This document shows, one piece after another, positions 27,594 through 38,700 of a stretch of DNA of 64,000 nucleotides. The position numbers and the translations under genes were made by a program. Source of the stretch: an uncultured candidate division Zixibacteria bacterium (lineage in GTDB: Bacteria; Zixibacteria; MSB-5A5; GN15; FEB-12); NCBI GenBank assembly GCA_963664195.1, contig OY760907.1, positions 2,304,001-2,368,000 of the forward strand, written 5' to 3'. The notes under the pieces are model-generated. The model searched no databases, had not been told where the DNA came from, and saw only the letters and a program-made list of their open reading frames with translations. Position 1 is the first letter of the stretch, and every line of letters begins with the position of its first letter.

Positions 27594-30500
27594 CTACTTC
27601 AGTTCATTAAACCAGATGACGTTTGACCCACCGCCGAAATCGGGTGCGAGCAGGTCCAAATCTCCGTCACCATCGATGTCCCCGAGTACCGGATTGATCG
27701 TTGCTCCATAACCGCCCAGACGTAGTCCAGTGTCAATCAGCCCTCCTTTTCCGTCGTTAAGCCAAACGTAATCCGGCATCCCGAAGTTGGTAACAAAAGC
27801 ATCGGAGTAACCGTCACCGTTGAGGTCGCCAAAGGCGAAACGACCCCACAGCGTCACTTGTAATCGTTCGCCGGAGTCGCTGAAGCTCCCGGAGCCGTCG
27901 TTATGCCAGACTTCGGTCTTCCTCGAGGTCTCTCCACCGCCGGCACCAACCACGGCGTCCAAGTCTCCGTCTCCATCGAGGTCAGCCAATCCGATATTGC
28001 CACGGACTATGGTAGAATCCTGTTTCTCCCAGTGTACGGCGAATGCGCCATGGCCATCGTTGAGATGTGTTCTGAAGCCGACCCCAACCTCGCGGGCCAG
28101 TATGTCGATATCACCGTCGCGGTCAAGATCTCCCCATGTCGCGTTTTCGGGAATCGGTGTGGTCGCTTCGGTGAATTGGCCGTGTCCGTCGTTGAGGAAA
28201 ACCTTGTCGTCTTCCTGATAGTACATGATGATCGCGTCCAGGTCGCCGTCATTGTCGATGTCGTGCATTTCAATTCTGTTGCCGCTGATCAAGGAGTCGC
28301 CGAGCTCCACGCCAGAATCTTCGAACCGGGCGGATCCGTCGTTGAGGTAGAGTCTGGATTTGTGGTTTTCGTCCGCACAGGTCATGAATATGTCAAGGTC
28401 TCCGTCCGAATTAACGTCTTCGACTGCTACGCCGTGTCCTTCTTCAGTAAGAAGTTGGTCGGTGACTGCAAAAGTCCCGTTGCCGTCGTTCAGCCATACA
28501 CGTGAACTGTTGTCGTGCATATTGGAGCAGACCATGTCCAGATCGCCGTCTCTGTCCAGATCGCCAAGACCTATCGAGTTGGTTCTCTGTGGTTCGAATA
28601 CCTGCCCGCTCTTCCGGAAGGCTACGCCGGTTCCAACGGGTCGGGTTGCGTGGCACAAACGCAACGCTCGTTCTCTCATTGGCGTAATAGCATCAGTAGA
28701 CACCCAGTAGTAGTCTGATCCGCCACCGCGATGGCTGTTGAATATCAAGTACTTGCCGTCGAGAGTGATCGACGGATACCAGTCTCGCGCGGGTGAGTTT
28801 ATCGGTTGGGGCAGAATCAGCGGCGTCGTCCAGTTGTCGTCATCATCGCGGAAACTGACAAACAGGTCCGCGTCGCCAAATCCGTCCGGGTGCCCCATTC
28901 TCTTGATTATCATGTAGCTTTCGTCGGGTGCGACGCAGGCGTGTTCGTCGAAAGGACTGTTGACTTGTCCTCCCGCGTTGACGGGCGAGAGATGGGCACC
29001 GTCCTGGAAGCGGGATATGAAGATGTCGCTGCTACGGCGATAATCGTTACCCTGTCCGGCAGCATAGACGTTTCCGGAGGACGCCATTGACCGGTAGGCT
29101 CGATCTCCGATTTCGTTCAATTCGGCGGAAGCAACCTGAGGTTCCGACCAGCCTGTGTCGGTTCGTTCCGTGGTCCAAAGGCGGAAACTGTCACGCTGTC
29201 CGCTGTCGTCGATTGACCGCCAGGAGACAAAGAATAGCTGCGAGCCGTCGGGTGAGAAGAACGGAGCATCGTCGCCGGATCTTATGCCGGAAAACGATGC
29301 CATGGCCGGTTTGGTCCAATGTCCGTTCTCTATACGGGAGGTCATCATGCGCGAGTACGTATAGCCGGAATCGTCGAGATAGAACGATGAACTCCAGAAG
29401 GCCTCGGTACCGTCGGGGGAGAACGCCACGTTACTGTGTTCAAACCTCTGGGACGATACGATGTCCGGTGCAAACCAGACAGGCGTGTTTCCGGGCGGAG
29501 TCTGACCGAAATACGGACCGTCAAGCGTAGCAAAATCGTCGACCGATTCTTCGGCTCCCTGTTGTAGCAGCAGGTCTACCATGTCAGTGTGTCCACGGTC
29601 GCGCGCGATGCTGAGGGGAGTGTAGCCTGCTATGGAGGAGAGATTGAAGTCAGCGCCTTCCTCAAGCAACAGCCGGGCGACATTCAGACGTCCTCTTGAA
29701 GCGGCGCAATGGAGCGGTGTCCAGCCGTATTTGTCTCGTTCGTTTATCGCCAAACCTTGATCTAAGAGCCCCCGGACGATCTCGGTATTGCCGCCGGTGG
29801 CCGCGGAGTGCAGGTAGGTGCCATCGTCCGGATTGTTCCGACTGGTACTGGCTCCTCTGGCAACTACTTCTGAGAACAGTCGGGGAAGAGCTTTCTCTGT
29901 GGAGTAGGTGAGCAGCCGGTTCAGTCTCTCCAGATCAGTCGGGAGTTCGACTCCTCGATCAAGCAGCAGATTGACGATTCCTGCGAAACCTCGCCATGCG
30001 GCCAGTTCCAGAGGAGTGCTGCCGAAGTTGTCGATCGCATTCATGTTCGCGCCGGCGTCGAGCAACAGACGGGCGATGTCGGCGTTGCCGCTCTCACGAG
30101 CTGTTAGCAGCAGGGCCGTGCGGCCGTATGAATCGACGGCTTCAAGATCGGGGTTTCTCGCCAGCAGGAGCTCGGTCAGCTCTACACTACCTGATGTCGC
30201 TGCTCGCATCAGCAGGGTCTGCCCCTCGGACGTAGTGACGTCGGAGTCGGCCCCGGCACGGAGAAGTCGCAGCACTATCGCCGTATGTCCCCCCGCCATT
30301 GCCGAGAGCAGGGGAGTGTATCCACCGCTGTTACTGATGTTGACGTTCGCGCCGCCCTCGATCAGACTTTCGACCGCAGCCAGATGACCGTAGTACGCGG
30401 CACCGTGGAGGGGAGTGCTGCCGCTGTTCGATGCCGCATCTGCGTCGGCCCCAAGACCCAGGAGGTAGCGAACAACATCTGCATGGCCGGCATAGGCTGC

Positions 30501-30686
30501 CTCGTGGAGCGGAGTATAGCCGCCGTCGTCGACCGCCTCCATCAACAGGGGATCATTTCGCAATAGGACTTTGATGCTGTCAAGATTGCCGGTTTCGGCA
30601 GCGAGGTGAATGTCCTCGGTTGTGGCGCCGACGGTGGCCGACAGAAACAGGATGATCAGAGAGAGAAGACCCGAAAGCTTATTCAT
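27594..30686 (-). CDS. Secreted ankyrin-repeat + PD40/TolB-like beta-propeller + FG-GAP/VCBS-repeat protein
   Basis: Signal peptide, about 10 ankyrin repeats (G.TPLH.AA..G), FSPDG repeats and GDLDxDGDLD repeats. GGGAG RBS. Confidence 0.88.
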   Translation of the reverse strand: MNKLSGLLSLIILFLSATVGATTEDIHLAAETGNLDSIKVLLRNDPLLMEAVDDGGYTPLHEAAYAGHADVVRYLLGLGADADAASNSGSTPLHGAAYYGHLAAVESLIEGGANVNISNSGGYTPLLSAMAGGHTAIVLRLLRAGADSDVTTSEGQTLLMRAATSGSVELTELLLARNPDLEAVDSYGRTALLLTARESGNADIARLLLDAGANMNAIDNFGSTPLELAAWRGFAGIVNLLLDRGVELPTDLERLNRLLTYSTEKALPRLFSEVVARGASTSRNNPDDGTYLHSAATGGNTEIVRGLLDQGLAINERDKYGWTPLHCAASRGRLNVARLLLEEGADFNLSSIAGYTPLSIARDRGHTDMVDLLLQQGAEESVDDFATLDGPYFGQTPPGNTPVWFAPDIVSSQRFEHSNVAFSPDGTEAFWSSSFYLDDSGYTYSRMMTSRIENGHWTKPAMASFSGIRSGDDAPFFSPDGSQLFFVSWRSIDDSGQRDSFRLWTTERTDTGWSEPQVASAELNEIGDRAYRSMASSGNVYAAGQGNDYRRSSDIFISRFQDGAHLSPVNAGGQVNSPFDEHACVAPDESYMIIKRMGHPDGFGDADLFVSFRDDDDNWTTPLILPQPINSPARDWYPSITLDGKYLIFNSHRGGGSDYYWVSTDAITPMRERALRLCHATRPVGTGVAFRKSGQVFEPQRTNSIGLGDLDRDGDLDMVCSNMHDNSSRVWLNDGNGTFAVTDQLLTEEGHGVAVEDVNSDGDLDIFMTCADENHKSRLYLNDGSARFEDSGVELGDSLISGNRIEMHDIDNDGDLDAIIMYYQEDDKVFLNDGHGQFTEATTPIPENATWGDLDRDGDIDILAREVGVGFRTHLNDGHGAFAVHWEKQDSTIVRGNIGLADLDGDGDLDAVVGAGGGETSRKTEVWHNDGSGSFSDSGERLQVTLWGRFAFGDLNGDGYSDAFVTNFGMPDYVWLNDGKGGLIDTGLRLGGYGATINPVLGDIDGDGDLDLLAPDFGGGSNVIWFNELK

Positions 30687-30914
30687 CACACACTCCCAAT
30701 CGGGTGATCGCATTGGCGATGGAAAACCTCTCTATCTCAGAATGGGCCTTCTTGCCGTTTGTATCAGCCGACCTTGCGTATCAGGTATAGGCGTCATGTA
30801 GTAGTCGTATAGTATCAAGATACCTCAATGACGGCGATTTGTTGCATGCAGATTGAACGATTGTTCTTCCAATGCCTAAAATGACATTCCTGTGGCGCAC
30901 CAGCGCCCTGCCAA

Positions 30915-31052
30915 TGCACAAAATATGCGCATAGTTGCAGACGCTTGCGTAATTCCCGCTCCGGCGAGTTTGTCACAACTAGTTGCTGGGCAATAACATA
31001 GAAAACTATTTTGCCGATGATTGTCGGGTATTGCGTTTGGACCGGTATTTGC
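30915..31052 (+). promoter_or_regulatory. Candidate sigma54 promoter with upstream NtrC-like enhancer
   Basis: TGCACAAAATATGCGCA at 30915-30931 and TGGACCGGTATTTGC (GG-N10-GC) at 31038-31052, upstream of ATG 31120. Confidence 0.4.
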
Positions 31053-31119
31053 CTTAAGTCGCCCTGATGTATTGGTCATATTAAGCAAAATACAGAACTT
31101 TTTTTGATAAGGAACTGCT

Positions 31120-34100
31120 ATGACTATTTCTAACGGTCAGAGTGTGAATGGAATCATAAGCCTGGTTGCTCTGGTGGCAATTGTGGTCCTCATCGGATCG
31201 GCTGCCACTGCCCAGACTCCTGATCTGTCCGGCTTGACGGTGTCGACCTCGCTGGGCAACAATTCAGTAAACGAGGGGCTGGTCTGTGACTATACCCTGA
31301 CAGGTTCGGCCACTACTTCGGCGACCGCCTGGTACCGCAACGGCACGCCGGTCATGTCGTTCCACCTTCCTCTTGAAGGTGGCGAAGCCGGTGCTGTCCG
31401 GGACTACTCCGGTAACGACGTTCCGGTTAGCTATACCGGCACGTCCAATTGGTCGGCCACGGTCGGGCATGACAACTCCGGCGGGTATTTCCTCGACGGC
31501 GACAGTTATCTGAGTGCCGATGAAGGATTCCCGACGAATTCCTCGTATACCATTACGGCCTGGGTCTACCGCGCCGTCGACAGACGCTACACCTACATTC
31601 TTGGTAGTGATCTCGATGACAATGCGGGGCATAGTTTCCGAGTCGAATTCGATGACCGTCTTGCGGCCGGTCACAACGGTTCCTGGCGTATAGCCAAGAG
31701 TGAGGATTACAAGAGCAGAATCTACACCAACTCCTGGTACTTTGTAGCGGTGACCTTTGATATCGAAACCGGCGAGATGATTATTTTCAAGGACGCCTAT
31801 CCGGTCGATACCGGCTATGCCGTTGGAAGCGAGAAGTACGTTACGGACCCGACGGTGCGTGTTGGTGCGAATGAGGGGGATGCGAATTCCAACTTCTACG
31901 GTTCTATCGACGATGTGCGGATTTACAATCACGCCCTCACAAGAGATCAGCTTACTACATTGTTCACGTCCGGCTCAGATCACATCTGTGCAACCGAGAA
32001 TGATGCTGTCGGTGATACCTGGCAGACTGAAGTTACACCGTTCTCCGATACGGAGACCGGAACGAGCGTAATGTCGAATGTCGTCACTATTATTCCGACC
32101 GCGCCGGTGTTCAGTTCTGCGGCAAATGTGGTTGGAATCGCGGGTCAGCCCTACGTGTACGATGCTGAGGCCGACGGCGGTCCGTACCCGACGTTTGCGC
32201 TCAATTCCGGTCCGGCTGAAATGACGATTGATGAGACGACCGGCGTACTGTCCTGGTCGCCGTCGGTCGTCGGGTCATACAGCGTTTCGATTGAGGCCAC
32301 CAACAGCGAAGGATCTGCTACGCAGGACTTTACTGTCGTTGTCTCAGACCCTTCGGTTGGACTCGACAACCTCCAGTTGCAGGCTGACGGCGATGGTGAT
32401 CTGCAGTCGTCGCACGATCTGACACTGGGAGCCACGACATCAGCTACGTCCTGGTATCGCAACGGTCAACCGATGATGTCTCTGTATCTGCCTTTTGAAG
32501 GTGGCACAGACGCCAGCGGCAATGATAACAGACTGAGGGATCTGTCGGGCAACGATATCCCCATTTCCACTTTCGGGAATCCCGTCTGGGACCCCAACGG
32601 CGGGCATGACGGCGGCGGAGCCTACACTTTTGACGACTTCAGCTACATTGAGTGTGGCAATACGTTCCCTACTCTTTCTTCGTACACGAAGACAATCTGG
32701 TTCTATCACACGGCCGGTCGCAAGTACCAGCACATGCTTTCCGGCAGAGACCACTCTTCGAATTCAGGTCACGGATTGCGTGTTGCATTCGATGAGAGAC
32801 TCAGTGCCGGGCAGAACGGTGACTGGAAGATTGTTGAGTCCGAGGCTGGACTCATTGAGCAGAACCGATGGTATTTCGGTGCCGTGACGTTTGATTATGC
32901 AACCGGCGAAATGATTCTGTATCTTGACGGTGTACCCATCGATACTGCAATCGTCGAGGCAAGCCGGATGGACGTAACCGATGCCGGGCTTCAGATTGGC
33001 GCCACTCGCAACGAGTTCGCCTGGGAGGGTAACCTCGATGATGCCCGCGTTTACGACTTTGTACTCACACCCGAACAGATCGCGGCCATGGCCACCGTGG
33101 ATGGCAAAAACACGATTGTTGCAGAAGAAACAACCGACGGTGATATCTGGCAGTCGAGAGTTACGGCTTACTCAGCGAACGAGGCCTCCGCTGAATTCGT
33201 TTCCAATGAACTTACCATAGGTGCGCTCAACCAGCCACCGACGCTGGCGGCGATTGGTGCGCAATCGGTGAATGAGGGCCAGACCCTTGCGTTTACTGTG
33301 TCTGCTTCGGATCCGGATCTGACCGTCCCGACCTTGTCGACCTCAACTCTGCCTGCCAACGCCACGTTTGTCGATAACGGCAACGGCAATGGCAGCTTCT
33401 CGTTTACGCCGTCCTTCGATCAGGCCGGAACGTTCAGCGTGACGTTCTACGCGACCGACGGTATGGCGACCGATTCTGAAGAGGTTGCGATTGAGGTGAC
33501 CAATGTCAATCGTCCGCCGGTTCTGGCTGAAATCGGCAGTCAGACTGTCGCTGAGGGTTCGGTCCTTGACGTCACTATGACCGCGAGCGATCCCGACGGT
33601 GAAACCGTTGTGCTATCAGCCGTGGACGTTCCCGAGAACGCCATGTTTGTTGACAATGCCGATGGCAGCGGTGATTTCAGTTTCATGCCGGGCTTCCTTC
33701 AGGCCGGTGAGTACGATGTCTGGTTCCGCGTCTTCGACGCCGCACTCGAGGGCGATTCGGAACTGGTTCATATAACAGTCACTGATACTCCGCAGAATGC
33801 TCTGTGGACTGCTACGATACGTGCGCAGGGCGAGACGGTCGGAACTGCTGTCTCGACATCCGCCGTGATCCTCGGCACTTCCTCTGAGGTCGTGACCACC
33901 CCGATGACGCCCGCGCCGCCGGAGTACACGACCAGATTGCAGCTGGTCGGTCAGGACGGTATTGAGTCGCTCTATCGCGATGTCCGAATGTTCGGTGAAG
34001 ACTGCAACTACTGGACGATCGATCTTGACCCGCACGGAAATGCTGGCGCTCCGACTCCGGCTCGATGTGCTACCTTGAGTTGGGACCCGCTGGAATTCAG

Positions 34101-35439
34101 CCCTGATAACAATTATGTCCTCAGGGAAGGTATTGACCCCGATGGTCCGATCGTGGTGGCTGACATGAGAAGCACGACTTCATTTGAAGTCTGTGACGTG
34201 CAGACCTCACGCTACTACACCGTTCACTGGATTTCCGGCGATTGCGGTGCTTCAACCTGGGCAACCTTGAATCTGGATGCCGGCTGGAACCTGGTATCGC
34301 TGCCGGTGGTGCCCTCATCGACTGAATTGACCGACATCATCCCGACCGCCGAAGTGGCTTTTGAGTTCGACGGCGAATATCAGGAAGTTACGACGTTGGA
34401 AACGTGCGTCGGCTACTGGGTCAAAGTACCGGAGGCTGTGAGCCTTGTCCTCTCCGGCATTCCGGTTACTGATTGTTCCGCAGACGTGACCGAGGGCTGG
34501 CATCTGATTGGTGCTCCGAACTGCAGCGCTACTCCGCTTACGACTCCGGGAGGAGCGCTGTCGGCGATGTACGGATTCGACGGTTCGTATCAGGCGGTTA
34601 CCGAGGCTTTGCCCAACAGCGGCTACTGGGTGAATCTGAGTACTGCTTGTAACCTGGAAGTTGGCTGCAGCATCCCTGCTGCTGCCCCAGCGGCTCTCGC
34701 GTTGAGTGGCTCAGATCGATTGGTCTTGACGGCCGTGCGTGAGGCTGTCGGCGCCATCTCAGCCGCCAGTGTGGAACTGGGTGTTGCCGCTGAGTCCTCG
34801 ACTCTTCTGTCGCCACCCGAGGCTCCGGAATACACGGTTGGTATGAGACTGTATCGTGAAGGATGGGACGGTCCGTATTATCGCGACGTTCGCTCGACTG
34901 ACAATGTCACCGAGAGTTGGACACTCGCGATCAACCCGACCGGCAACGAGCCGGGACAGGGCGAGCGTACGGCGATGCTCTCCTGGGATCCGGCGAGTAT
35001 CGGCGAGTCGGAGTACCGACTAGTAGAAGGAACCGATGGTGACGGTCTGGTCATAGTCGAAGACATGAGCCTCGTCTCGAGCATTGAAGTCTCCGGAGAC
35101 GACCGGGATCAGTTCTTCACTATCGTACGGACGGCGCCCAAGGACGCTCCCGGATTACCGGGAGACTTCGCTCTCAACCAGAACTACCCGAATCCGTTCA
35201 ATCCCACGACCACTATCAGCTTCAGTCTGCCTGAGGCCTCGGATGTCGTGCTGGAGGTTTTCAACATCACCGGTCAGAAGATCATCACTCTGACCAATTC
35301 ATTCCACGAAGCCGGCACTCATCAGGTTGAATGGACCGGCGAGAATGCTTCCGGTGCCCAGGTCGCCAGTGGCATCTACTTCTACCGAATTCAGGCGGGA
35401 TCGAATTCCGAAACGCGGAAGATGGTCCTGTTGAAATAG
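31120..35439 (+). CDS. Large secreted protein: 2x LamG-like jellyroll, Ig/cadherin-like repeats, C-terminal FlgD-Ig/T9SS-like sorting domain
   Basis: Signal peptide; WYFVAVTFD...GSIDDVRIYN twice; NQPPTLA/NRPPVLA...ASDPD repeats; tail NYPNPFNPTTTISFSLP...ASGIYFYRIQAG...KMVLLK. Confidence 0.88.
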   Translation: MTISNGQSVNGIISLVALVAIVVLIGSAATAQTPDLSGLTVSTSLGNNSVNEGLVCDYTLTGSATTSATAWYRNGTPVMSFHLPLEGGEAGAVRDYSGNDVPVSYTGTSNWSATVGHDNSGGYFLDGDSYLSADEGFPTNSSYTITAWVYRAVDRRYTYILGSDLDDNAGHSFRVEFDDRLAAGHNGSWRIAKSEDYKSRIYTNSWYFVAVTFDIETGEMIIFKDAYPVDTGYAVGSEKYVTDPTVRVGANEGDANSNFYGSIDDVRIYNHALTRDQLTTLFTSGSDHICATENDAVGDTWQTEVTPFSDTETGTSVMSNVVTIIPTAPVFSSAANVVGIAGQPYVYDAEADGGPYPTFALNSGPAEMTIDETTGVLSWSPSVVGSYSVSIEATNSEGSATQDFTVVVSDPSVGLDNLQLQADGDGDLQSSHDLTLGATTSATSWYRNGQPMMSLYLPFEGGTDASGNDNRLRDLSGNDIPISTFGNPVWDPNGGHDGGGAYTFDDFSYIECGNTFPTLSSYTKTIWFYHTAGRKYQHMLSGRDHSSNSGHGLRVAFDERLSAGQNGDWKIVESEAGLIEQNRWYFGAVTFDYATGEMILYLDGVPIDTAIVEASRMDVTDAGLQIGATRNEFAWEGNLDDARVYDFVLTPEQIAAMATVDGKNTIVAEETTDGDIWQSRVTAYSANEASAEFVSNELTIGALNQPPTLAAIGAQSVNEGQTLAFTVSASDPDLTVPTLSTSTLPANATFVDNGNGNGSFSFTPSFDQAGTFSVTFYATDGMATDSEEVAIEVTNVNRPPVLAEIGSQTVAEGSVLDVTMTASDPDGETVVLSAVDVPENAMFVDNADGSGDFSFMPGFLQAGEYDVWFRVFDAALEGDSELVHITVTDTPQNALWTATIRAQGETVGTAVSTSAVILGTSSEVVTTPMTPAPPEYTTRLQLVGQDGIESLYRDVRMFGEDCNYWTIDLDPHGNAGAPTPARCATLSWDPLEFSPDNNYVLREGIDPDGPIVVADMRSTTSFEVCDVQTSRYYTVHWISGDCGASTWATLNLDAGWNLVSLPVVPSSTELTDIIPTAEVAFEFDGEYQEVTTLETCVGYWVKVPEAVSLVLSGIPVTDCSADVTEGWHLIGAPNCSATPLTTPGGALSAMYGFDGSYQAVTEALPNSGYWVNLSTACNLEVGCSIPAAAPAALALSGSDRLVLTAVREAVGAISAASVELGVAAESSTLLSPPEAPEYTVGMRLYREGWDGPYYRDVRSTDNVTESWTLAINPTGNEPGQGERTAMLSWDPASIGESEYRLVEGTDGDGLVIVEDMSLVSSIEVSGDDRDQFFTIVRTAPKDAPGLPGDFALNQNYPNPFNPTTTISFSLPEASDVVLEVFNITGQKIITLTNSFHEAGTHQVEWTGENASGAQVASGIYFYRIQAGSNSETRKMVLLK

Positions 35440-35486
35440 CTTTCATACACACAGATTCCTTCAATCGATAGGAATCGCACAATACG

Positions 35487-35523
35487 CGGGCGGCAGAACA
35501 GACTTCTGTCGCCCGTTTCTTTT
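35487..35523 (+). terminator. Intrinsic terminator
   Basis: CGGGCGGCAGAA-cagac-TTCTGTCGCCCG followed by TTTCTTTT. Confidence 0.75.
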
Positions 35524-35798
35524 GTGTGGACTGCACGTGTCAATTCGTGTCATACGTTGCTTCTCGAAAAGAGTGTTTTTGCCTCGTCTCAAGGCATTTT
35601 CACCGGGTCCAATCAGGGCTTCAATTTCCGCTTTTATGTTGGAAATACGCCCTTTCTTGTTATATTGAAATGATATCAAGGATACATTAATAGCGACAAC
35701 AGTGTCGCCCTGTGCGACCTGCACGCTACTCGCAGTACAACTGCACGACCTGTAAACAAATCTGGTTTTCTATTTACTACACTATAGGAAGGGTTCCT

Positions 35799-38700
35799 AT
35801 GTCCAAAGCATTAACGATTGCATTACTGGGAGTATTTCTGTTTGCCTCTCTGGCCTTCGGCGAGAGAGTGGAAGTCAGCGCGACGTATGACGATGTCGAC
35901 GTGACGGTTGAGCAGTCGAACTCCTCCCGGACGGTCCTGCGGTTTGACGTGGGCGCGTTCGAACAATCTCCTCTCGACATAAACGGCGAGACGTACCAGC
36001 AGGTCAGCATCGACCGCGAAGGCATCCTGCTTTACAAAGGCGAGCCGCAACTGCCGCGTTTGAGCCGGAGTATCATCATTCCGGACGACGCCCGGATGCA
36101 GGTGAAAGTGATCGACGCGGAATACGTCGACTACGAAAACGTGCCGGTTGCTCCGTCGAAGGGCAGCATCACCCGTGACATCGATCCGGAAAGCATTCCG
36201 TACGCGTTTGGCTCGGTCTACGAGAAAGACGAGTTCTATCCGTCCGAACTGGCGAATATCCGCGACCCGTTCATCATGCGCGACTACCGTGGTCTGGTAG
36301 TCGATGTCAACGCCTTCCAGTACAACCCGGAAACGAAGACACTTCGTGTCTATACTTCGGTGACGGTGGAAGTATTTGCTGACGGTCCGGCGAGGATCAA
36401 TGCGTTCACCAGTGATATGTCAGCCAAGACGTTGACCCCGGATTTCGATCTAGTGTACGGTCGTCGTTTTGTGAACTACGCAAATCAGTCGAAGTACACT
36501 TCGCTTGGTGAGGCGGGCGATTTGCTGATTATCACGTACGACGCGTTCCATGACGCGATGCTTCCGCTGGTAGAGTGGAAGATGCAGAAGGGTATCAAGA
36601 CGACGTTGGTGGATATCTCGACGATCGGCAACACGACGACGGCGATCGGCGATTTCATTGCGGACTTCTACGACAGCACGAATCTGGCGTTTGTGCTGTT
36701 GGTCGGCGACTACGCCGAGGTGACTTCGCCGAGTTCTTCCGGCGGTGCTTCGGATCCGACCTACATGAAGCTGGTTGGCTCCGACGATTACCCGGATGCT
36801 TTCATCGGTCGTTTTTCGGCTGAGTCTATTTCAGATGTCGAGACGCAGGTGGAGCGCACGATAGCTTACGAGAGCAGTCCGGTGGTGGGTGACTGGCTTC
36901 ACAAGGCCGCCGGTGTGGCTTCCGCGGACGGCACGGGGCATAACGGTGAGTACGACGATGACCACATGGACCTGATTCGCGACGATCTTCTTGGGTTCAC
37001 GTATACGTCGGTGGATCAGTTGTACGCCGCCAACGGTGTCACGGATGCGGCGGTGGCTGCTGCCCTGAACGAGGGGCGTTCGCTGGTCAACTACACGGGT
37101 CACGGCGACACGCAGGAGTGGGTGACGTCGGGATTCAACAACGCGGACGTGAACGCTTTGACCAATGTCGATATGCTGCCGTTTATTCTGAGCGTTGCGT
37201 GTGTGAACGGAGAGTTCGACGGTCCGACGTGTTTCGCCGAGGCGTGGCTTCGGGCGCAGCACAACGGTGAGCCGACGGGTGCGGTTGCGACGTTCATGTC
37301 GTCGATCAACCAGGACTGGGTGCCGCCGATGGACGGTCAGGATGAAATGGCCGACCTGCTGGTAGCGCAGGCGAAGGTGACGATGGGTGGAGTCTGCTTT
37401 AACGGTTCGGCGAAGATGATCGAGCTTGATGCGGGCGGCGACGGAGTGAAGAACGCCGACACGTGGCATATATTCGGAGACCCGTCCCTGCTGCTTCGCA
37501 CGGACACGCCAGCCGATCTGACCGTGACGCACGCGGCGATCATGCTGTTTACGGACACGCATTTCGACGTGACGGTAGCGGGTGAAGAGGGCGCACTTTG
37601 TGCCATCTATCATGACGGCACGCTCTACGGCTCGGCTTACACGGACGGCACGGCGGCCTGGCGAGTATCCCGTTCACGGACCAGCTTCCGGTGGGTGAGG
37701 CTGTGACGTTGACGGTGACGAGTTTCAACGGAATGCCGTACATCACGACCGTGCAGGTAATCGCTCCTTCCGGCCCGTATGTGATTCTACATTCGGCTAG
37801 CACGATTGACGATGCCGCCGGCAACAACAATGGCATGGTGGATTTCGGAGAGAGCATCGTTCTCGGCATGCAGCTGAAGAACGTTGGTCCGGACGACGCT
37901 CTTGACGTCAACGCGACCATCGCCACCGCTGACGGTTACGTGACGATCACCGATGACACCGAAGCCTACGGCACAATCGCCGGTGACTTTGGTCTCAGCA
38001 ACATCGCCGACGCCTTTGCGTTCGACGTTTTGCCGAGCGTCCCTGACGGCCACGTCGTCACGTTCACTCTGACCGTAACCGGTACGGCGCGGGATACGTG
38101 GGAAGGTACTTTCACCATCCCGGTCCACGCTCCTGAAATCGGTTATGTGTCTGTATCCATTGATGACGCTCTTGGTGGCGACGGCAACGGTATTCTTGAT
38201 CCGGGTGAAACGGCTGACATTATTGTCACTGTTGAGAACTCCGGTTCGGGCGATGCCTTTGGTGTCGAGGCCTACCTGAGCGAGTCCGATTCGTACGTCA
38301 CGATTGACGATGACTACGGTCTGTTCGGCGACATCGCCGCCAGTGCTTCGGCGTCTAACGCCGGTAACGTGTACACGGCCACGGCCGACGCAGGCTGCCC
38401 GATGGGTCACGCAGTGTCGGTTGATCTGGCTCTGTCCACAACCGGTGGTTACACGACCACACTGAACTTCTCGTTGACGGTAGGTGACCGGGTGGTCTTC
38501 TACTTCGACGATTTCTCGGCCGATCTCGGCTGGACCGGTCTTGGCGGTGACGCTGAGTGGCAGATAGGTGAATGTATCGGCGGCGGCACGACCGGCCGTC
38601 TCGATCCTACCGAGGATCATACTTCCAGTTCTGACAACCGGGTACTGGGTAACGATCTGACCTCGGCCGGTTTGTACAGTTCGGGTCTCAGTGAGACTTT

